A DNA stretch of 63,983 nt, the filler included, from Octopus bimaculoides (lineage: Eukaryota): NCBI RefSeq assembly GCF_001194135.2. It is 5 parts of 3 records of this genome, joined end to end, with 100 filler letters (N's around TTAATTAATTAA, not from the genome) between each part and the next. Parts side by side here need not be neighbours in the genome. Positions count along the whole stretch, not along the records: positions 48,739 to 59,054 come from NC_069005.1; positions 59,155 to 63,983 come from NC_068985.1; 3 more parts are not named here. One strand, 5' to 3'. How positions within the stretch are numbered: the stretch's first letter is position 1; every line of letters starts with the position of its first letter. A program made the position numbers and the translations under genes. The notes beneath the pieces are model-generated. The model did not search any database. It saw nothing but the letters and a program-made list of their open reading frames with translations, and was not told the origin of the DNA. Shown here one piece after another: positions 53,650 to 63,983 of this stretch.

Positions 53650-53890
53650 GACGTTGTGCGAAAAGTCCGATTTTCTTCTTGAGACGGGAAATGTAAATAT
53701 GAGGAAACGTACATGAATAAATAGGATGAAATACGAACACGTAAGAAATAGTGGAATAGTTACACACATACAAATAAAGACGTACACGCACACACAGACA
53801 CACACACACATATATATGTATATGTATTTATATATGTAATGTGTATCTATGTAAGTATATATATATATATAGAGAGAGAGAGATAGATAA

Positions 53891-53936
<46 letters not shown>

Positions 53937-54147
53937 TGGATGATGTGGTTACACACACAGACACAAACACACTCACATATATATGTATACACATATATAT
54001 AACTATATTATATTGTATAGGTAAACATATACAAGGTTGTGCTGATGCGTATACGTGCGTGTGTGTGTATATATATATATATATATATGAATATATATAA
54101 ATATATATACATATGTGTATGTGTAAATATACATGTATGTGTGTTTT

Positions 54148-54189
<42 letters not shown>

Positions 54190-54546
54190 TGAATATATAT
54201 ATATGGTAAGTGCGTTAGCGTGAATGCATGCAGGTATACATACATACATACATATATACATACATACATGCATCCATGCGTACATATATATATTATATAT
54301 TATATATATATATGTATATGTATATACAAATGTACATGTATATATATTTATGTATACGTATGTTAATGCTTATATGCATACGTACAAAATATATTCATGA
54401 ACACACTGCTATGCAGATATACAAACACACGCTTAACCAACATGTGTGTATGCGTGTGTATGTATACGTGCGTGCATCGGTGTGTGTATATGCGTGTGTG
54501 TGTGCGTGTTTGTGCGTGCGTGTGTATGCGTGTGTGTATGTATGCG

Positions 54547-54601
<55 letters not shown>

Positions 54602-54939
54602 NNNNNNNNNNNNNNNNNNNNNNNNNNNNNNNNNNNNNNNNNNNNNNNNNNNNNNNNNNNNNNNNNNNNNNNNNNNNNNNNNNNNNNNNNNNNNNNNNNN
54701 NNNNNNNNNNNNNNNNNNNNNNNNNNNNNNNNNNNNNNNNNNNNNNNNNNNNNNNNNNNNNNNNNNNNNNNNNNNNNNNNNNNNNNNNNNNNNNNNNNNN
54801 NNNNNNNNNNNNNNNNNNNNNNNNNNNNNNNNNNNNNNNNNNNNNNNNNNNNNNNNNNNNNNNNNNNNNNNNNNNNNNNNNNNNNNNNNNNNNGTGGGGG
54901 AGGGAACTGATGATTAGAATGATGGGTGGGGAGATGATG

Positions 54940-55250
54940 ACCATGTAGGTAGAAAGAAACAAAGGAAGAAATACGCAGAAATAACGAGAAAGAGAAGGAG
55001 AAAGGAAGGAATAAGTAAATAAAGAAAGAAAGAAAATAGATAGATAATGAGAAAGGGAGAAGGTAAGGAAGAAAGAATTGAAAGAAAGAAAGAAAGAAGG
55101 AAAGAAAGAAAGAAAGAAAGAAAGAAAGAAGAAAAGATAGAAAGAAGGAAAGAAAGAAAGAAAGGAAAAAAGATAGAAAGAAGGAAAGAAAGAAAGAAAG
55201 GAAAAAAGAAAGAAAGAAAGAAGAAAGAAAGAGAAAAGAAAGAAGGAAAG

Positions 55251-55307
<57 letters not shown>

Positions 55308-55830
55308 GAGAAAGTGAGAATTGAGAATTGAAAGTAAGAAAGACAGAAAGAAAGAAAGATAGAAAGAAAGAAACACAACGATATAAGGGAAAAACAATAC
55401 AAGGTAAATAAGGAAGAAAGAAATGAAGATTGAAAGGAAGACAAAAAATAAAGACGCAAAGAAACAGAGAAGGAAAGAAAACGGGTTAAAGAAAGATAGA
55501 AAGAACAAAAGGAACGAGGCAGAATTAAGAGGAAACATTTGAACGAAAGAGGAAGAAAAATAGTAGCAAATATTAACGGAACGAATTATAGAAGAAGAAG
55601 AAGAAGAAGAAGAAGAAGAAGAAGAAGAAGAAGAAGAAGAAGAAGAAGAAGAAGAAGAAGAAGAAGAAAAAGAAGAAGAAGAAGAAGAAGAAGAAGAAGA
55701 ATTCCGAAAAAAAATACAATTATCAAAAAAATGCAAGAAATAGTACAGCAGACGATCACCTAATAAAACAGGACAAAAAAAAGAAAAAGCGAAAAAGAGA
55801 CAACAAGCAAAAAAAAAAAAACACTAGATA
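54940..55830 (+). repeat. Long purine-rich tract of (AAAG)n, (GATA)n and (GAA)n
   Basis: Directly visible; produces the spurious poly-F/S/R ORFs. Confidence 0.95.
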
Positions 55831-56160
55831 TATAAAGCAGACGATAAAGAGAAAATATACAAAATATACATATATATATAAAACTAAACAAATGAATGGA
55901 TTAAGTTTAATAGCGTAAAACTTATTTACATGACATTAACCAATTCCTGTTTCTTATTCTAGCAATTTTTCTTTTCATTCATTTCTTTATTTATTCATTC
56001 TTTTTTCGTTCTATTATTCTCATTTATTCACTCATTCAGTTTTTCACCTTGTCTGTTTTTGGTTAGTCGTTCTGGTTTGACTTGTGTGACACATGCACGC
56101 ACACACACGCACACATACATACACGCACACATACACATACGCACATGCTATGTGTGTGTG

Positions 56161-56191
<31 letters not shown>

Positions 56192-56269
56192 ATATATATT
56201 TGTGCATGTGTATATATGCATATATGTATGTGTATACATGTATATGTGTGTACTTATGTATGTATAAAC

Positions 56270-56307
<38 letters not shown>

Positions 56308-56567
56308 GCGAGTGTGTGTGCATGTGTGTGTGTATGTATGTGTGTGTTTGTGTGTATGTGTGTGTATGTTGCGGGTAAGAACGATGAGAATAGAGAGAAG
56401 TAGAATAGAAGTAGAATAGGAGTAGGAGAGAAGATAATGTAGAGATAGGAAGAAAAGAACAGGAGGGGAAAAGGTGTCCAAGCAAATGAATGTGTACACG
56501 TATATATGTATGTATATACAAATGGACATACGTACCCATGCATACATATGTGCATGCATATATATAT

Positions 56568-56634
<67 letters not shown>

Positions 56635-57949
56635 CATGTATGTATATACACGTACATATGCATCATGCATATGTATATAGCTTTCGTATATGTCCCATTG
56701 TGGCAATGTGATTGTGTGATGAAATTTCGAGGAAAAATTGGCACCGACTTCCACTTATTTACGTCGATTGTAGCTGTGCTTGTTGTTGTTATCATTGTAT
56801 TTGTTGCCGCTAATGTTGATATTGTTGTTGTTGTTGTTGTTGTTGCTGTTGTTGTTGTTGTTGTTGTTAGTATTGTTGCGGCTGGTAGTGTTGGCCTTTC
56901 TTTAGTTTCATTCGATTTGTCGTTGACTCCATCTAACCGAAATCAAGTAACGCATTTATAGAATGGCATAAGCGAATTTTTTTTTCTTTTTTACTTTTTT
57001 TATGAATAGAAACTTGCCTCTGAGTTGCAGAAAGAAAGCAAAAACCTAGCGGCAGTCCTTAGTAACTGACAAAAACAAAGGGAAATAATCACTAGAAATT
57101 AATGTCTCTTCGTACTAATTTTTGTTACGTACATAATGAAATTATGTCTATGTATGCATGTATGTATGCATGCATGTGTGTTATGTCCGGTAACTGTTAA
57201 TGCTTCAAGTAGCATGTAACTCAGTACATGGCCGACCAGCCGGCAATTCTGCCAAGCCTGCTTGGCAAAATGACTAGTTTGTATTGGACACCCTGCTGGA
57301 CGAAAAACAAAATTGGTCAAAGAACGGTTGAACACAGTGAAGTCAATGGCTATCCAACAGCTATGCATGAGAAGCCGTAGTCTTTGTTTCGATATTTCCA
57401 TACATAGATACATATATTGAATAAGCTGGGAGTTTTCGAAAAAGAAATCAACCAATTCGCACATTACAAATATAATCTAAGTGGAACAGTAAAAATATGC
57501 AAGACTTTTCTCAAGTTTATAATGTGACATTGTTTTTGTCATCTACATTCCAACGATGGAGCATTGTATCTTTGTTAAAAACCAGCTCTTTCCTCCTAAG
57601 AAGAATTTATAGGATTAAAAACAAACGAGAATACACAACTTTCAAAATATACAAATTTCAAAGTGTGAAAGTTATAAACTTCACGACTCAGATTGTTACA
57701 CTGGACATACAAATACGACAAATTGGTCACACGAATTTGGTCGGTTGGCCACACATTTGCAACCAGGAGCCATAGCAACCAATTATATATTAAATTACAT
57801 GAAATAAGAATGAAAAATATATTTGCTGGCGGTAGTACAATTTTATACCAAATTCAACAAAGAAATTACAGAAATGGGAAATAAATTTCTTTCCCATTTC
57901 TAACAAAACTGTCCGAAGAACGGGAACGTGAAACTCCGAGTAACAGTTT

Positions 57950-58131
57950 TTTGTTTTCTTCCGGAGTTTTGTTTCAATGAGGAGCTTTTTACCCTCTTTC
58001 TCAAAGACTATCATTACTTTTGAGACAGTACTTCTTGAGAAACCAAACATTTCGGTTGTTTTCGTTACGCTACGGCCTGCCATACGAGTACCAACAATTT
58101 TACCTCTTTGAAAGTCCGATAAATCTGTCAT
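57950..58131 (-). mobile_element. Tc1-like transposase N-terminal HTH fragment
   Basis: MTDLSDFQRGKIVGTRMAGRSVTKTTEMFGFSRSTVSKVMIVFEKEGK matches the LSDFQRG.IVG.R.AG.SV..TA..FG.SR.TVSKV pattern. Confidence 0.85.
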
Positions 58132-58980
58132 TTTAATGAATTTTAATTATATTACAGATATATAAATATATTGTTTACGTTCAAGGAGTTTCTGCCTCAA
58201 AAACAGGAATTACACCAGTTATTTTGTGATCTTTGCGACCCTGGTTTCTATTAACCCATTTATTCTATCCGAATTATTATTAATTAGGATAAAATAAATA
58301 CATATAATTAAATATATNNNNNNNNNNNNNNNNNNNNNNNNNNNNNNNNNNNNNNNNNNNNNNNNNNNNNNNNNNNNNNNNNNNNNNNNNNNNNNNNNNN
58401 NNNNNNNNNNNNNNNNNNNNNNTATATATATATATATATATATATTCTTAATGTTTGTATTTTTATAAGTTTTCTATAATTTTTTTTTTAGCTATATTGC
58501 TTGTTATATCTGCTAATTTTTTCTCGTTTCAAAATATTGCCAATCTTCATGTTCTATCTATCCGGAAAATGTTATCATCACTCATATACCCATATACATA
58601 AAAGCGTATGTGTGTGTGTACACAAACACACACACACCATCATATTTATAATCTTCTAAGTGTTCGTGTGTGTGTACGACTTTGTGTGTTTGTGTGTGCA
58701 TGTAATTTTTGTCAATATATATGCATACACACACACACATACACACACATATATATATGTATATATATTTACATAAATGTATGCAAGAATGTATGTATAT
58801 AATTGCTATTGTTGTTGTTTTCCTTTGCCTTTTACGGTCACGTTTTCACAGCTCCTAGTAAGAATGAGTTATTTCATGTATTTACTTGATGGGAAAAAAA
58901 AGACCTTTCATTTATTCCATTATTCTTCATTCTGGGCTATTGATATACACATGTATCTGTCTCCGCATGTATTTCTATAC

Positions 58981-59054
<74 letters not shown>

Positions 59055-59154
59055 NNNNNNNNNNNNNNNNNNNNNNNNNNNNNNNNNNNNNNNNNNNNTT
59101 AATTAATTAANNNNNNNNNNNNNNNNNNNNNNNNNNNNNNNNNNNNNNNNNNNN
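59055..59154. other. Artificial scaffold-joining spacer
   Basis: 44 N + TTAATTAATTAA (59099-59110) + 44 N. Confidence 0.95.
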
Positions 59155-59198
<44 letters not shown>

Positions 59199-59478
59199 TA
59201 TACATACATATCACACATATATATTTTTATATATGTATATACAAACATATATATATATGTATATACACGCACAAATATATATATAAACACACGCACACGT
59301 ATATCTAAAGAGAGAGAGAGAGAGAGAAGCAGAAATAGAGAGAGGGAGATAAAGAGAGAGAGAGAGGGAGAGAAAGAGAGAGAGAGAGAGAGGGAGAGAA
59401 CGAGAGAGATGGAGAAAGAAAGCGAGGGAAGGAAAGAGAAGTATATATAGATAGACAGATAGATAGAATGAAAAAGGT

Positions 59479-59542
<64 letters not shown>

Positions 59543-60294
59543 GTGGGAGGAAGAGAGATCGATAGAGCGATAGAGAGACACTGGCCTACGTCAAACATGT
59601 CGGTCTGGCATGTGCGTATGTATTTTAGAAGAATAAGACAAGTGCAAGTTCATAACAGGAAGAAAAGCAAGGCCAGGGGCTAAATACAATGGCAGTTTCA
59701 ATGCAGATGAGAAAAAGTTTGTCGAAGTGTTTCGTAAAGGGTTTGTTCGGGTGGTGATTCATAATATAGACGATAAGGAGAATACTAGAGAGTGCCCTGG
59801 CTATTGACCGTATGCACCCATCTTAAGTGGGAAGAGCAAAAGCAGTGTCAACAAGAATTGAAAAGACATATATATATATATANNNNNNNNNNNNNNNNNN
59901 NNNNNNNNNNNNNNNNNNNNNNNNNNNNNNNNNNNNNNNNNNNNNNNNNNNNNNNNNNNNNNNNNNNNNNNNNNNNNNNNNNNNNNNNNNNNNNNNNNNN
60001 NNNNNNNNNNNNNNNNNNNNNNNNNNNNNNNNNNNNNNNNNNNNNNNNNNNNNNNNNNNNNNNNNNNNNNNNNNNNNNNNNNNNNNNNNNNNNNNNNNNN
60101 NNNNNNNNNNNNNNNNNNNNNNNNNNNNNNNNNNNNNNNNNNNNNNNNNNNNNNNNNNNNNNNNNNNNNNNNNNNNNNNNNNNNNNNNNNNNNNNNNNNN
60201 NNNNNNNNNNNNNNNNNNNNNNNNNNNNNNNNNNNNNNNNNNNNNNNNNNNNNNNNNNNNNNNNNNNNNNNNNNNNNNNNNNNNNNNNNNNNNN

Positions 60295-60440
60295 GGCGGA
60301 AATCCGCTCCGGCATCTCGACAGTTATGAAGACAATCAAATGATGATAGCAGTTTTTGATTGTCTTATTAACTGACGAGATGCCGGAGCAGATTGCCGCC
60401 CCGACATCCGAAACTCGGAGCTTTATTATGGCAACCGAAT
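60295..60440 (+). ncRNA. Candidate type I hammerhead ribozyme (60355-60440) with an inverted partial copy (60295-60340)
   Basis: CTGACGA at 60372-60378; stem II GATGCCGG/CCGACATC; GAAA at 60410-60413; stem III CTC/GAG; stem I 60360-60371 with 60423-60434. 46-bp imperfect inverted repeat between 60295-60340 and 60355-60400. Confidence 0.55.
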
Positions 60441-60449
60441 AATTGTCAC

Positions 60450-60503
<54 letters not shown>

Positions 60504-61099
60504 AAGGAAATGGAGAGTTTGAATACAGCAAAATCAATTTATTTACATAACTGTCGATTTCGTAAAGCCTACGATCGTTTCAAAACTCACCTTCATTCAT
60601 TTTGCAATTAACAATTGCATCATGAGTTCAGAAGGCAGAGATCTCTTCAGGGCCAAAATCGACATATTTCTCTTTACATCTTAATAGATTGAGTGTTAGT
60701 TATAGAGTAAGATAGCCTCATGCGGTTTTGCTCTGTGTATGAGTGTGCGTAAAGATTTTCACATTTAAGCTTAATTGTCTTATGTGATTTTTTTTCTCTG
60801 TGTGTTTGTGTATGTCAGATTATTTGTCTTTGGAGTTCTGTTCTAAAAATAGCCAACATTTAAAGTTTGTCGATAGCAGGACAATGGCTAGCTGCCGTCT
60901 TGGATAATTTCGGTCTAATACTATCATACCCACGAAAAAATTGATACTGACTTTTAGAGTTTGGAAGTTGTTTTACTCAGTAGATATTAGCCAAATGAAA
61001 AAAGAAACCCTAAAAACACTATTTGTATATTTATTTATTTTTAGTATCCAAATCTAATTATTTTATTTCTTTCTATCAATCTTCATTTCTTTGAAACAA

Positions 61100-62030
61100 T
61101 TTTTTAACCAAGCATTGATTGTAATTGAAGATCAAGTGTTGGCCATGGGAGACAAACACTTGCAAGTGTCTGTCTCTGGACTGCCAAAAGCAAACCATCA
61201 AATTAGTGAATTAATTTCAAGAGACATAGCAAGAGAGACAAATTATGACATCACAGAACTGGCTGTATTTGTGAATGAAAATGAATCTAAACTTTTTCCG
61301 GAACAACGCCGTACATATGATAACATTATTTCATCAGTGAGAGAAAATTTGTAACAACATTGCTTCTCTCCAAGGTAAGGCAACAAAAAAGAATTGCAGT
61401 TGTTGTAGTATCGTCTGGCAGTGTTGCCACCGTTCTTTCAGGCGGACGAACAGCTCATTCTGCTTTTAAATTACCGCTAAACCTGTCCAATTTGTAGCAT
61501 AAGCAAAGGTTGCGCCAGTGCCACCTGATCGTTTAGGATGAATGCACCTTGTCACATACAGGTGCAATGGAAGTCCTTGATAAAACCTTACAGGACATGA
61601 ACGGAAACAATAAATCTATGGGAGGAGTTACATTAGTTTTTATCAGGAGACTTCAGACAGACATTGTCAGTTATTCCGCGACGAACAAGGTCAATTGAAA
61701 TAAAAGCATGCATTAAGTCTTCATACTTATGGAATAAAGTACAGAAATTCTCCTTCAATACTTTATTACACAGGGACCAATGTGCAGAAGAGTTTTCAAC
61801 CTGACTCCTCCAATTAGGAAATGGGAAAGAACAATTTGATAGGAATGGTGATATCAGTTTGGCTCATATTGCTATCATGGTGAATTCCCCAGCTGAATTG
61901 AAGAACAGGGTATTTCCAGACTTAAAGAATAATTCTAATTCACATAAATGGTTGTGTGAAAGGGCAATTTTTGCTCCAAAAAATGAGACAGTAGAAAGGA
62001 TTAACCATGAATTAACAAATAAGATTCCAA
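61100..62030 (+). mobile_element. Helitron PIF1-like helicase relic
   Basis: EQRRTYDNII..LLLSKVRQQKRIAVVVVSSGSVATVLSGGRTAHSAFKLPL..LIV*DECTLSH..LQDMNGNNKSMGGV..SGDFRQTLSVI..LLQLGNG..WLCERAIFAPKNETVERIN. Confidence 0.9.
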
Positions 62031-62751
62031 TGTTTGTGTATATGTATGTTTGTGAGTTTGTATATATGTTGTGTACGCGTGTGTTTATACATAACGGTTA
62101 CGTTCCACAAGTGTGTATGCTTTTGTGTGTGAGTTTGTGTGTATGTGGTCTGCATGCATGTCTTTGTACATAATGGTTATATTCCACATGTGTGTATGCT
62201 TGTGTGTGTGTTGCGTACGCGTGTGTTTGTACTTAACATAAATGTCATTGACCGTTTACTTGTTTTTGTCATTGGACTGACAATAGGCTCAGACACAGCC
62301 TTCAGGAATTCAGTCAAAATAAACAACCTCATTACTTGATTGTAGGTCCGGTGGTAATTTTAGTGGTCTCTTTTACTGAGCCGCTAGATTACGGTTTGGC
62401 AAATGATAGTGCATGCCAAACTCAAATACAATGACACACAGATGTTTATGTAAACCCATACACATGCAAACAGGCACATACACACACACACACGTATGTA
62501 GGTATGAAAGTATATATGTATGTTTGTATGAAATAAAGATTAATACTAATTCAGTTTATAGTTTCAACGCCCGTTTCACCATTATGGTAGTTTGAAGTCG
62601 AGCAATAGATGTCTTCAACTGAATTTGGATTTTTAGCTACAACGGACCATCAAGAGACACTAGATAATTAATTACGTAGAAAGCATACTGGAGTATGATG
62701 ATCTAGAAGGAGCATTAAACATAACAGTAGCAGTCGTATATCTACTTGAAC

Positions 62752-62786
<35 letters not shown>

Positions 62787-63480
62787 NNNNNNNNNNNNNN
62801 NNNNNNNNNNNNNNNNNNNNNNNNNNNNNNNNNNNNNNNNNNNNNNNNNNNNNNNNNNNNNNNNNNNNNNNNNNNNNNNNNNNNNNNNNNNNNNNNNNNN
62901 NNNNNNNNNNNNNNNNNNNNNNNNNNNNNNNNNNNNNNNNNNNNNNNNNNNNNNNNNNNNNNNNNNNNNNNNNNNNNNNNNNNNNNNNNNNNNNNNNNNN
63001 NNNNNNNNNNNNNNNNNNNNNNNNNNNNNNNNNNNNNNNNNNNNNNNNNNNNNNNNNNNNNNNNNNNNNNNNNNNNNNNNNNNNNNNNNNNNNNNNNNNN
63101 NNNNNNNNNNNNNNNNNNNNNNNNNNNNNNNNNNNNNNNNNNNNNNNNNNNNNNNNNNNNNNNNNNNNNNNNNNNNNNNNNNNNNNNNNNNNNNNNNNNN
63201 NNNNNNNNNNNNNNNNNNNNNNNNNNNNNNNNNNNNNNNNNNNNNNNNNNNNNNNNNNNNNNNNNNNNNNNNNNNNNNNNNNNNNNNNNNNNNNNNNNNN
63301 NNNNNNNNNNNNNNNNNNNNNNNNNNNNNNNNNNNNNNNNNNNNNNNNNNNNNNNNNNNNNNNNNNNNNNNNNNNNNNNNNNNNNNNNNNNNNNNNNNNN
63401 NNNNNNNNNNNNNNNNNNNNNNNNNNNNCCTCCAAGTGGCCTAGCGTATAAAAGTTTAGTCCAAAGACTATGAATTACTC

Positions 63481-63697
63481 ATAAGGTACAGTTTATATTT
63501 GAATACATAAGAGGAATCCACTCATGGGATTCTTTCGCTAGAAAGAACAGCTAGGTTCTAGAACCACAAAATTAGGGATAAAATCCCGAAAGGAACGAAA
63601 TGAAAAATGAAGACTTTTACCATATAGCTGTTCTTTCTAGCGTAAGGAATCCCATGAGTGGATTCCTCTTATGTATTAAATATACAGTGTACCTTAT
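63481..63697. mobile_element. MITE with ~73-bp terminal inverted repeats
   Basis: ATAAGGTACAG..GAGGAATCCACTCATGGGATTC..TAGAAAGAACAGCTA (63481-63553) versus the reverse complement of 63625-63697; TA at both ends. Confidence 0.85.
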
Positions 63698-63983
63698 ATG
63701 TATATACATATATATACTTTGTTTTTGTATCTGGTTTGCATGATATCATATGTGAATTCGCGTATTGAAGCAAATATTTTTTGTGTCTAAGGAGAATGAT
63801 ATTGTCTGAATGCTTTGTTATCTAACACATTCACCGGTTCGATTTCCACTGATTTATTATTATATGTTTCTTTCCCAAAATTTCTTTGCATTTACTTCTC
63901 AATAAGCAACATCCATTGACAAGGTTGCGAATGCAACGAAAATTTTAGAAGAAAAAATATAAATAATAAATAAGTGGAAATCG

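Overview
AT-rich, microsatellite-dense animal genomic DNA. The SINE families and repeat landscape suggest an octopus; this is inferred, not database-verified. The window is not one continuous locus: four identical 100-nt spacers (44 N + TTAATTAATTAA + 44 N) join five separate scaffolds (1-7961, 8062-36829, 36930-48638, 48739-59054, 59155-63983). The one clear host gene is the 3' part of an MBOAT7/LPIAT1-like lysophospholipid acyltransferase (+ strand; four exons, 10348-29102, with a 15.5-kb intron). The rest is mostly transposon debris: mariner/Tc1, two Helitron relics, Penelope-like GIY-YIG, R4/Dong-like, RTE, hAT and other MITEs, and three tRNA-derived SINE families. The most notable pattern is four dispersed, partly degenerate type I hammerhead-ribozyme-like folds (352-441 on minus; 29680-29715, 50830-50877 and 60355-60440 on plus). 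One lies downstream of a Penelope-like endonuclease relic, one lies sense to and just 3' of MBOAT7, and one is paired with an inverted copy of itself.
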